A stretch of 59,037 nucleotides of DNA from positions 1-59,037 of the forward strand of contig MU626387.1 of NCBI GenBank assembly GCA_025603075.1. Direction: 5' to 3'. The stretch is from Neoconidiobolus thromboides FSU 785 (taxonomy: Eukaryota > Fungi > Entomophthoromycota). The translations under genes and the position numbers were made by a program. The notes beneath the pieces were generated by a model. That model worked only from the letters and a program-made list of their open reading frames with translations, did not search any database and was not told the DNA's origin. This document shows, piece by piece, positions 26,023 to 37,900 of this stretch (position 1 is its first letter; the number at the start of each line of letters is the position of its first letter).

Positions 26023-27797
26023 AAGTATATTGAGTTTACCATTTTATTAAATAACTTGAATTTAATAATTTTAATAATAAATTTTGAATTAATATTGAAC
26101 TATTGTTGTCATTTAAATAATCTAAAATAAAAAATAATTGTTATTATTATTATTATTATATTATTAAATGTTATATAAAATTACCATTTATTCTTTTTAA
26201 TACTGTATAAATAATAATTAATTCTTGATTAATATCTTTAATATCTTTTAACTTCTTGTTTTCACTTAAAAATAATTCATTTAAATAAAATTCCATTTGA
26301 AATAATATATTTGTTATTTGTGGTTTATAACTATCCAATTTAGTATCTATAATAATAATAATTAGTATTCCATATAACATCCTATAATTATATTTATAAG
26401 ATTGAATGCCTTCACTTACTTATTCTCCTCATATAATAACAATATAATAATATAATAATTCCACATGATTTCATATCTTTTAATTCCATAAAATGATTAA
26501 AACTCATAATAAAACTATCCATTAATTCAATTGAATACCAATTGGTTGGAATATAATTAATATATTCTTTTATATAAATTAAATTCATGGAAATCTATAA
26601 AAATAAAAAGAATTATTATCTTTTATTTCATTATTTTTATTTATCTTAATAATTTTTTGTATTATAGTTATAATTATTATTGCTATTATTATTATAAAAA
26701 CTAGGTTACTTACTAAATCAAATAAATTCAATTGTGATAATTCCATAATTAATAAAATAGAAGTGGACAAATGTTTACCGATGATTTTATAATCATAAGG
26801 ATCATCTCTAAATTCAACATAAAATATAAAAACAAAATAAACATAATTAATCAATAAATTTCATTCTTCTATTTTTCACTTACTTTAAACAATAATTCAA
26901 ATATTCTTTTCTTTTCAATTCACACTTTAAGTTTAATTGATTTGTTAAGAGATGAATACTGAAAAGTAAACCTTAATATTAGCATTAATAAAAAAAAACA
27001 AGTTAAATTACCTATCTTCATTAATATATTTTAAATTTTTAAAATACAAACTTTGATTATAAATAATTTGTTTCTGCTGAGAAGTAAACCATTCTTTATA
27101 AGGTGATGTCTATATATTAATTAAATATTAATTAAGTATTAATTAAATATTTTTAGAAATTAAAAATATTAATTCTTCTTTCAACTTAATCTTACTTTTA
27201 AATCAATTATCGATTGCTCAATTTGGGTAATAAAATAATATCTCAAGAAAACTAAATCCTTATAAATCTCTTTCTCTTTCTCATTTAATCCTTCCTGTGT
27301 ACTAAAAATAAAATCAATAAAATCAACATTATCATATCGTTTTTGATCAATTTCCATTATTTAAAAAATAAACTCACTTTAACCAAATCATAGCAGGTAG
27401 GATGGTATCCGAATTTAATAAATTATCTAAAAATCGTTCACTCTTTTTAGTTAATAAAATCTTACTATCCGTATCAGCAAAGGGATTAGATAACCAAGAG
27501 AGTTGAGTAATGTTACTAACTGTTTTAAGTGAGTGGTAATAAAATAAAAAAACAAAGTCATTAGTTATTAGTTTTAATTATTAATTTATTTCTATTCTAT
27601 TATTTAATTTATAGAATTCCTGAGATAATTCACTTACTTATTGGAAAATAAAATTTGCTCGGTTGGTAACTTAAAGCAGAATTAAAACATCGTTGAAATA
27701 GGATGGGCTTGTTACCCAAATCAAGTTTATAAGATTTATCATATAACATATCTATCATAGTATTGACCATGATATTAATGGCTAAGCTAGAAGACAT
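23716..27797 (-). CDS. Large alpha-helical protein, multi-exon; candidate highly diverged FANCA homolog
   Basis: ATG 27797 followed by spliceable exons covering several track ORFs. Motifs ALSYQP..QLSW..MIW..SPYKEWF..IHLL and NWL..VVPFVFW..IYLQLI match order and spacing of human FANCA as recalled. The gene is real with high probability; the FANCA identity is tentative. Confidence 0.45.
24891..24980. repeat. A-rich and (TAATA)n microsatellite inside an intron
   Basis: Direct tandem aataa/taata units. Confidence 0.85.
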
Positions 27798-28165
27798 TTT
27801 CAATTATCGTATTGTTTATTTAAGTTGTTGTGTGGTTTAAATTTAAATTTAAATTTATTTAGATATAAAAAAGATGACTAAAATTCTATTTTCAACTTTA
27901 AGTAATGTAAATTAATAAATAATCAAATTTCATGCTTAAAGAATTAACAATTCAATGTGATTTTTAAACATTTGATTTGATTTCAACTTAAAAAAATAAA
28001 CATTACTATTTCCCTCTTGCATCCACTACAATTTCTTATATCAACCGTTAAGTTTTTTTTATATTAATTTTGGACTTTTAATAGTAAACCCCATGAGACT
28101 TTGATTCCTTCAATATAGTATTTAAAAAAGTTTTTCATGTAAAAAAAACATTCAATCAAATTTAT

Positions 28166-28902
28166 TTAAATAATAATAGTGTTCCTCGCATGTCTATTTG
28201 AGCCATTAGTGGAATACCTAGGTAATGGATAACTTCCTTCTTCATCTTCATAATATTCTGGTGGGAACTGAAACTCAAACTCAGAAGCAGAGTAACTTGG
28301 AATCCTATCCAGATTATCTTGAATAATCCTTTGATTTCTATTAAGATTCAATTCAATCCAAGCCTGTTGATTCAATCGAATTCTACCTACTTGATAGATA
28401 CTCACTGGTCGATAAGCTAAATTGGTTTCCAGTTTATTAATTAATAAATCAACTATATTTTTAATGGTTGCTGTTTTCGGTAAGAACCATTTGTTTCTTA
28501 ATTTAAATTGAAATGCTCTTTCAATTACTGGATGACTAGCTTCTTTCCCACGATCCAATTCCAAGGTAGGTCTTATTATCAATTCAGTATTACAAAAAAA
28601 TAGATTATATTCCCTTCGATATTCAATACATAAATTATACTCCCCAGATAATTGGGTGGGATCAAATAATTCGATTTTAAGGTCTTGAAGTTGTTTCAGT
28701 TTCTTAATCAAACTATACTGTTTTCCTATAAACACAAAAGTAGAGTGACCACATGTGCTTAGACTGATTTTGGATAAAATTAGTGGACAGATGAGATCAT
28801 AGCCTCGATCATTGATCCCTACAAAATAAATTATTTACTATTTTGTTTAAAAAAAAGTAATTTAATACATGAATACTTACTCTCAATATAACCGTACTTC
28901 AT
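28166..28902 (-). CDS. Hypothetical protein, about 225 aa, 2 exons
   Basis: ATG 28902, short first exon, GTAAGT..TAG intron joining in frame to the 189-aa ORF; no family recognised. Confidence 0.65.
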
Positions 28903-30279
28903 TTTATATTCTTATCTTTCTTTTGTTTTTCTTGATAAATTATTGTTCAATAACTATTAATTGTCCGCGCAGTAAGAGATAAATTGGACTTTTCTCCAAC
29001 TCTTGGTTCCTTTTTCTAGTTGTAGCATTTCAAGAATTAAGGGTTGTTGGTTTAAGCTTAAACCAATGATAAGAATTTCTTATTTTAATTATGCACATAA
29101 AAATCCTAGTAATATAGCTATTTATAGTACCAATGTAATGATAATTATTTTGGCTTATTATAGTACTTTTTTGTGTAATAAAACTGTTGCAGTGAGTATG
29201 ATAACCATTAGTCTTGATTATAAAGAAGGCTTTATCTGTTAATAGAAACAAATGACAGAAAGCCTCTAAGTTTAGTTATTGATTTTAGAATAGTTGGAAT
29301 ATTTTAAGATTTATTATTTTCCCTAAGTTTTTGAAGAGATTGTAGACATAAGTATTAAAAAATGTTGTCTTTCTATTTTTAAATGAGATTGTAAAAATGG
29401 CCTTTATATTTTAGTTATAAGACTCTGGTTTAAACTGGGTGATGCAAATATCATTCTATCTCATCACTTCATTTTCTTAAGGGACTCAATTACAAAAGCA
29501 TATTATACTCAATTATAGAATAAAGCTATAATTAGAAAGTTTATACATGACAAGTGTATTTATACTAGTCGAATTGTCCATAATAATATTTATGTTACTA
29601 TCATAATTGCAAGAGAAATAGATGATTGATAAAATAGTGATCCTTATAATGATAACTCATCATACTATTATAACCAAGAGTAAAAACGCATTTACAGTAA
29701 GAGATTAATTCAAAAATAATAATATAATGATTTGGAAACTGTAATAAATATTTTTATACAATTTAATATAGTATTTAATTAAATGTCCTAAGTTTTACAC
29801 TATTTAAAAAGGAATGAAATAACCCAATGAAAACAAAACATTTTTATATAGATTTCGTGAATTTCAACCTAAATGTAGTTGAAAGCGATCATTTTTATTT
29901 TTTAACCAAGCTCTTTAAACTATCTTTACCTATATTAAATAAAGTTATAATCGTGTTTACATTTAAGACTTTTGATTTTTATCTATTTATTAACTTTAAA
30001 CTTAATTCGATTATGTTAATGATAGTAAAAATACTAAAAAGCAAAGAATTTCTTAAACTGTGTTTATTTTATTATTCAGAATATTCAGATAAAGTTCAAT
30101 TTCTTTTTGACAATAATGTCCCAATTATTTCAGTCAGCCATACAGAAAATAAATTTTATAATCATATAAAGGTTTTAATAATATTGTCATAGTAATAATA
30201 ATTGAATTGTGGATTTATTATTATTACTATCTTCATACATTTCAAAATTAACTTAAACAGTTTATTCTTATTACCTGAA

Positions 30280-31508
30280 TTTCATCCCTTGAATTTTGTT
30301 GGCGAATAAAAGCTTGTAGTTAGTCTAAGCATTTTAAAGATTTTTAACATCAATATGAACTCTTATTTTTTCTATTTTAAATTTTAAATTTTAAAAAATA
30401 TATGGATTACGATTATAATAATGAAGATTGTTATCAATATGATGACTCTAATAACCAAATTAATAATAATAAATAAATTAATTAAACTGATCTTTTAAAA
30501 ATCATGGCCTCAACAGTGAGATAGAAGAAATGCTATAAAGTTATAAACTATAATAATTTTAATAAAACAAGAAGAGAAAATTGTTACTGTTGAGGAAGAT
30601 AGAGACCCGGAAGATGAAGTTGAAAACGAAGTTATTATCATTAATCATTCGCTTAACAGCTTAGAGGTTGGCAAAATGGTAGAATCTAGTGATACTGAAG
30701 ATAAAGAAGAAGAACGTGTAGTGTTATACTTGAGACTAAAGAGATTAAAACAAGCGCTATTAAGATCGGTGAAGATTATTTAATGAATCAGATCAAATCA
30801 AGTCGATGAATAAAATAGATCACTAATAATGCTTTTTAGAAGATTATTGGGTATATCAATTAACTTCCGATACATAAAGAGTATTTCAATTGTAAAGGAA
30901 ATCATTTTATAACTGGATATTTGGCTAAAGTAAATAATAGTTGAACTTTACTAAGATTAGTAATTGTATTTATTTAGGATTGTTATAGCCTTTGTGGAAA
31001 AGATGATCTTAGTGATAAAGTTTATGTTTATTGCTTATTTATTTTAACTGTAAAAAGACAGATCATATAATAGAGATGAAGTTATTTGTAGAATTAAATT
31101 AAAATTACTGACCCATTTTGTTTAAGGATTATCAAAACAAATCCATTAGAGCAGAATATGTAAAATGTGGAAGTACAATTCGTAGTTCATTGGCAAATAT
31201 TTCGATTCATAAAGTTAAATTTCAACAATGTTATTTTTAAAGATTGTACCAAGTTTGGAAGAATATACAAGATTAAAAAGGATATTAATATAATAATTTT
31301 GTAGGCTTTTATTGACTATTGAATCAAATTGTATATTAATGCACTTACCAAATTTTGTTTGTGTGCGAGTTCAGATTGCATTCGCGATCTAAGTCATATG
31401 TTACGTACACTTTAAATGTATTAAAAAAAGATAGGAATATGAAGGCAAAAAAGTGAGCAAGGAATCAGCATTTAAATATATTTGAGATATCCTATTTCAA
31501 CAATATAT
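30280..31508 (+). pseudogene. Decayed multi-zinc-knuckle (CCHC) gene, copy B
   Basis: Relics EYFNCKGNH, YSLCGKDD, YFNCKKTDH, YVKCGSTIR, CASSD; acidic SSDTEDKEEE segment; colinear with copy A. Confidence 0.65.
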
Positions 31509-31607
31509 AGCGATGTACTTTTTTGCTTAAAAATTTTACTACCAATTTTTCCGCTCAAATAGCGCTTAAAAAATAGAAAAAGTAATAAAATCAAAAAAAA
31601 CATCCCC
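31509..31607 (+). mobile_element. MITE family copy 6
   Basis: Family core, right TIR ACATCCCC, degraded left TIR; flanks ATAT/ATTT. Confidence 0.85.
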
Positions 31608-31859
31608 ATTTATTTATCATTTTAAAAACAAATTTATATAAAAATAGTTATAAATTTAATAATATGGAATTTTTATATTTAGTAGATGGAGTTAAGAGCA
31701 GGCTTTGTTTAACTGGCTGTAAATTGAAAAGATCTAGTTTATATAATTAAAACAAATTTAAATTATAAAAAATAGTATTTAATAAAGTATAAATTATATA
31801 AGATTTATATAGAATACTACAAAAAGAAATTTAACAATAAAATTATAAAAAGTAATATT

Positions 31860-31954
31860 GGGGATGTATTTTTGTGTTTAGGAACTTTACTAACTAACTT
31901 CCCGCTTAAATAGCACTTAAAAATGGAAATAATGAAGTTAAAAAAAACACTTCC
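31860..31954 (+). mobile_element. MITE family copy 7 (ACACT-end subfamily)
   Basis: GGGGATGTATTTTT left TIR; ACACTTCC right end. Confidence 0.88.
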
Positions 31955-32630
31955 ATATATTTATAAAGTTTTATCAAAAAACATTTATTACTAACTGTTT
32001 TATAACTAGTGTTATAAATTTGCTATTAAATAAATAAGTTTGATTTTATAGCTATATTATTAATATATTACTGAGTTAACAAATACTTATATAAAAACGA
32101 GTAGCTAGCTTTAAAATTATAACTAACTATTTTTATATAATATAAGTAATATAAGGATGATTTTATTCATTAATATTTATTTTTCAATTGTTTATCAATT
32201 TAGCTATTGCCTGGTTGAGTGCACTATAAGTTGAAAGGTCTTAGTCTATGTGGCTAAGATAGGCTTGGATTATGAAAAATAGCACGTAGTAGGCTACGGA
32301 TTATGTAAGGCAAATAGAATAGGCAATATTAATGTAAAATCTACATAAAATACCATTAAGAAAACTTAGTGGCTTCATTAAATGTTCGAGATATCAGAGA
32401 ATAATTCAGTTGGAAAGCCTCGAATTACTATACTCTGTAAACTCTTTTATACTCTGAAAAGTAGAAATATCAAAATGAGAAGATGATATTCTTTGGGATG
32501 GAGCTAGAAATTCTCATAGCAAATCAAACTAAGAATGTTGGATTGATTTTCTCTGAACTCGAGAACACAATAGCTTAGGCGGTTATTATGCTATAATTAA
32601 TCATGGGATTGACAAAGCGATATTTCACAG

Positions 32631-32727
32631 GGGTATGTTTTTTTGTCTAAGGATTTTATTGATAACCTCTCCATCCAAATAGTGCTTAAAGAATGTAAAA
32701 AATAATAAACCCAAAAAAAACACACAT
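32631..32727 (+). mobile_element. MITE family copy 8 (old, degenerate)
   Basis: GGGTATGTTTTTT..CCAAATAGTGCTTAAAGAATG..AAAAAAAACAC; ends approximate. Confidence 0.65.
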
Positions 32728-32742
32728 ACAATGCTAACATTT

Positions 32743-32841
32743 GGGGATGTATTTTTGTATTTAAGAATCTTACTAACAAATTTTCCGCTTAAATAGCACT
32801 TAAAAAATGGAAAAAATAATGAAGTCAAAAAAGACACTCCC
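32743..32841 (+). mobile_element. MITE family copy 9
   Basis: GGGGATGT..ACACTCCC; exact TSD ATTT. Confidence 0.92.
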
Positions 32842-33008
32842 ATTTAATAACTTATTTGTTTGCTTAATAAATACCAAAAAAATTTAATTTTTAGTTAATT
32901 TTTTAAACTTTTATAATCTCAATTAGGATTTGCTATATTTTTTTGGTTTATCAAATACTAGGTAGCAATACAATTCATTATCATGCTTAATAAATATAAA
33001 TACTACTT

Positions 33009-33201
33009 GGGGGTGTATTTTTGTATTTAAGAATTTCACTAACAATTGGGAGTGTTTTTTTTAACTTCATTATTTCCATTTTTTAAGTGCTATTTAAGCG
33101 GGAAATTAGTAAAGTTCTTAAACACAAAAATACATCTCCAATTTTTCCACTCAAATAGTACTTAAAAGATGGAAAAGTAATGAAGTCAAAAAAACATCCC
33201 C
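33009..33201 (+). mobile_element. MITE family copy 10 (outer, split by nested copy 11)
   Basis: Left part 33009-33047 and right part 33140-33201 rejoin into a full element. Confidence 0.88.
33048..33139 (-). mobile_element. MITE family copy 11, nested in opposite orientation inside copy 10
   Basis: GGGAGTGT..ACATCTCC ends with exact TSD AATT (33044-47 / 33140-43). Confidence 0.9.
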
Positions 33202-33501
33202 ATATGATTATAGCAAGGGTAAAAACAATAATTTTTGCAATCTATTAGTTTACACTTATTCCAACTTTTAAGGTTTTTTTAGCAATAGTTTTTACAATTA
33301 AATTGATTATATAACCAATTTTTTCAAAGATTGATCCTTATATTTAACTAGATACAACATCAAATTTTCTCTCAAATGAACAATTAGTTAGATAGCAAAA
33401 GAGTTGCAACAACTATATTCTAACTTGCAATTCAATTTTTAGACAAATTCCAAATTGCTTACAATTTTAAACTTAGCTTTTAGTCAAAGCAAATCAAATT
33501 T

Positions 33502-34416
33502 ATGGATAATATAAACAACTATGAAAGTTCAAACAGTGAGAAAAGTGAATCAGTGTCCAATTCTGAAGATGAAAAGGAGCATTATGCAAGTTCACTAAAC
33601 AAACGCATCACAAACTCAAACAAACGAAAACTGAACTTAGAGCAGTTTAAAACTGAGGAGTACAGCTTACCAATTTATGAACCTCAGGAAGAATTCGATG
33701 ATAGTGTAATCAAAGGCTATTCAGTTAAGTTATTTGAAAAGAAAGGAGATGTCATTAAAGAGAATATTAGCACAGAGGAGGGCATTAAAAAAGAATTAAA
33801 ATCTTATTACGAACAGTGGCTAGTTCCAAGTATATATAGCGATGATCTAACTTTAGATAGGTAAATTTATTCTTTTTAGAAGATTTCTAATTAGTTTAAG
33901 ATATGATGTTCGGAATTTAATTGATTTGAGCCAATTTCAGTTTGATAAGCAAGATAATAGCATAAATGACCAGACTGATGAAGATTTAGATAAGTTTAGA
34001 TTTGAGTTTTATAAATTAAATGAAAACGATAGTTCTGAAGAGACATACCCAAGTAGATATTAGTAGATTTGGTTTACAAATTTTTAACTGTAATTTTAGA
34101 TAAAAGGAGGAACACAATAGAAAATAAAGCAGGAGCAGTGGGTATTGGATATGAATATAGTACTATAGAAAGCAAGAAAGAGGATAAAAGAGAGGAAGAA
34201 ATAGATGAAAAACAGCTAACGATAATGAAGAAAACAGCGGCATTTGTTATTAAAAGTAATAATCCATTACTGGAAATCCAAATTATGAGTAAACAAAGCA
34301 ATAACCCATTATTTAAATTTTTGAATAAAAGGGATGCTTTGAATCTCCATTATCAGAGATTAAAAGATGCTTTAAGACTGGGGTTTCAGGACATAGAGTC
34401 GGAGGAAGAAAAATAA
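33502..34416 (+). CDS. SWAP/SFSWAP-like splicing regulator (DRY_EERY + one SURP domain), 3 exons, about 275 aa
   Basis: Introns 33861-33900 and 34053-34099 join in frame. GYSVKLF..W..LDRYDVRNL..IGYEY is DRY_EERY-like; KTAAFVIKSNNPLLEIQIMSKQSNNPLFKFL..LHYQ is a SURP domain. Confidence 0.75.
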
Positions 34417-34665
34417 TTAAAAAATTAAAAAATTAAAAGGTGAGTTTGTAACTTCGAATTTACTGTATCTTTAATAAATCCTTGTCGTTTTAAAAAAATT
34501 ATTCAGTAATAAAAGTCCTAATTAGCATGTTTCAATAATTCTATTTAAGTTTTAGTAAATGCTAATAGGTGCTTGAGTATTTATAAAGGAACATTTACTG
34601 AGTAAAACTCTATTTATATGATCAACTAATTAAGTATTAGAAAAGAAAAGCTATTATTAGTATAT

Positions 34666-34763
34666 GTAGGTGTTTTTTTAGTTCCATTACTTTTCCATCT
34701 TTTAAGCACTACTTGAGAGTGGAAGAATTGTTAGTAGAATTCTTAAACAAAAAATACATTCCC
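34666..34763 (-). mobile_element. MITE family copy 12
   Basis: Family core, ACATTCCC end; exact TSD ATAT. Confidence 0.88.
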
Positions 34764-34953
34764 ATATGTAATAAGGAGACATGCAACAATAAAGTATTGA
34801 AATAATTGAATTATACAGCTTATTGAACAATTAGTATATTTAAATTGTCGAGTTTTTTTCGAAATATAAGCAAAATAATTCAAAATTTATTTTATCACAA
34901 ACAAAGACAAAAAAATAATTTGTATAACAATATCTACTTTTATACAGATTGTG

Positions 34954-37900
34954 TTAAAAGGGTTCAAATCCATGCTTCTTAGAAAACCTTTTCATCATAG
35001 CCATTAAAAAGTTAATATTCATATGACAACACGCTTCATTATTTGTTTTTGCAGAATCACTAATATGCGTGATTTGGTTAAGCTAGATCAAAAATTAATA
35101 AATAAACTAATAAAGTAAAAAAATCATTACAATTTTGCCTTTAACCTCTGGAGTAATAATTTCTTTGAAAGCTAATTAATTATTGATTTAGTAAATTGGT
35201 ATCATAAACCCTAATTAGACTTACTATATAAGTATTCTAATAGAGGTAAGTCTCTAATATATTGAATAGATTCACTATCAACACTCTTAAATCCAGTTTG
35301 ATAAATTAACTTAAACCTTTCTGAATAATCTACACCAGAAGAAAAAAACTGTACAAAATTGGCCATAATGATTTTATCTAAATAAATTAAACATTTAATT
35401 TGAACAACTAAGCTTAACTTACCACCATACCATTTAACGCTTTCAATCAATAATGGAAGGCATAATGGACCAAATGCATAAGAACAAAATGAATTTGAAT
35501 CAACTAAATTTTCTGATAATAAAGATGGTATTGACAAGTAACGGCTAAACAAAAAGTAAATAAAATAAATTTTAGAATATTATCTCTTACTATATTGCTT
35601 CCTCAGATCTCTTGTTAAAAACACAAGCCTGAAATATAAACCTTGAAGCAATTTCTTTATCACCAAGGTACCTAAAGCAGCTGTTTGCTAAAATGTACAA
35701 TAGATCTGTCAAAGTGTTTAAAGACAACTTAATATCAGACATAGATCCTTGAGAAATATTGGTAATTAACTCTTGTAACCTAATATTATTAAGAATTTTA
35801 AAACTAATTAATAAAAAACAAACTTTTGAGATGTTTCTGGATTAACTTGATAAAAATAAAATTCTTTTGGGACTGTAAATAAGAGTGAAAATATTCCAAA
35901 GTCTTCATAAGCTCCCTAAAATAATGGATTAGATTATTACTTTAAGATAAATAATAATCTACAATGAGATGGAAATCTTTATGTAACATTATAAGCGAAA
36001 ATACGGATCCCGAAAGTAAATAAAGGAAGCCATATCCTTTTAGTTGCTTTAAGCAAGTTACGATCCTAGGCTAAATAAAAATGAATTTTTTACATACCAA
36101 TACGAAATAAACTTTTACCATCAAGTGGGAGCAATGTTGAAAAAAAGATATTGCCTTAAAAAGAATAATCAAACTCATTTTAATCTTAATCAAATCGTCT
36201 TGCCTTTCAAAGTAATTTTCAATCTCATTGAATACTATAATTGTTAGAACAAATTGAAGTAAAACAGTTGGACTTACAAAGTTTATTGGGAGATTCGATA
36301 ATATCACTTGGAATACATCTATAAACCAATAAAATAGCATGGTATAAGTTTCCTAATTCAACTATAAAAAAGTTATTAAAGATAATTAGATTTAGCTTAG
36401 TGAATTACCAATGATGGGCTTTTTTATCTTAGAATTATTTGGACTGATTCTTTCAAAAACCTGTGCCCCGATTCCATATTTTTCTTGGCTAAAGAAATAA
36501 ATAAACGCCATATCCTATGAAAGAATTAATATGAACTATTAACTGACCAAATTAAGCCTACCAAATCTCTGTTTTTTGGTACTAAACTTCCCTTATAATT
36601 TAAAAGAGCTTCTTCATCATTTGAATCCAATAGCATATCGTCCTCAATTTTATCACCTTTAATATAACTTTGGTAATAAATGCCCAGTTTAGAATGGGCT
36701 TTTAGTTCATCAAATGTATTATTTAACAACGTTATTTTCTGGGTAATATATAAAAGACCATCACTTTTATCATATCTTGTAAATTCATTTAAAAAGAGCA
36801 TACTCTCTGGACTCATTTGAGATGCAGCTGCACCTTCAATATTCTTTCTTAATTGATTAGAAACATCAACATAATAGCTATGAACCTCATTAGCTAGATT
36901 TAATGCACTAGTAAAAAAACTCTATAAAAAGTTCATCAAACTTATTAATATCACTTTATTATATTACCTTATTGTATGCTTTGATTGCAAGGAGGATTTG
37001 TTCATCTATATAATCTAATGCTTTTTCACTCTTTTGAAATGTTAACATATTATAAATACTAGTATTAAATTGACATACTCCTACAGGCTTAACTAGTATA
37101 GGCAACGTATCAATCTTTGATTCAGTTTTGTTCTCATCATCCTAAAGAATAAGTTAAATATATTTGAACTATATAATTATTACTTCAACTAGTACAAAGC
37201 CAATTTCATCATTGTAGGTCTAAAATAAGTTAGCTAATAATTTTATAACTTAAATATAATAACCATAAGTTCTATAAACAAATTCAGTAAAAATTTTATA
37301 AATAAATTTTATAATTACCATCACTAGGACAAATAAATTCGCTTAATTCAGAAACGAATAGCTGGTAATCATTATCATTAGCTAAATCAAATACATTTTA
37401 ATATTCTTATATTTTTATAACCAAATTTACTAACCGTTTCCTTTTAAAGGTATTAAACTTATTAAGTCTTGCTTTAAGTCGTTATGTTTCTTATATTTTT
37501 CACGAAGACGCGAAACAATAGAAAATGGGATTTCACGTACTATATCAACAATGTCTAGAATTTGTGAGAATTGTCATACATTCTTATATTAAACTTCAAG
37601 CTATAAATTACCTAATTCATTTGTAAGTACACCTGGTGACAAAAGCCAATAAAAATAAAATACGATAGCAGTATCTTTATTGATCTCTTTTATCTCATCA
37701 AAAGCAGGTGCTAATTGATAATAACTACATGGTTGAATATTTAAAAGTATACTATCTTTCTTTAATTGTTGTTGAATGTCAATTAATGAAAGGTTTGATA
37801 GCTTCTCTACAAGTTCTGAGTTCATTTTTTCAATTTCTAAAATTCAATCAAGATATTAAATTAAAGTATAGGCTTAACTTACCTGCTTTAATATTGAATT

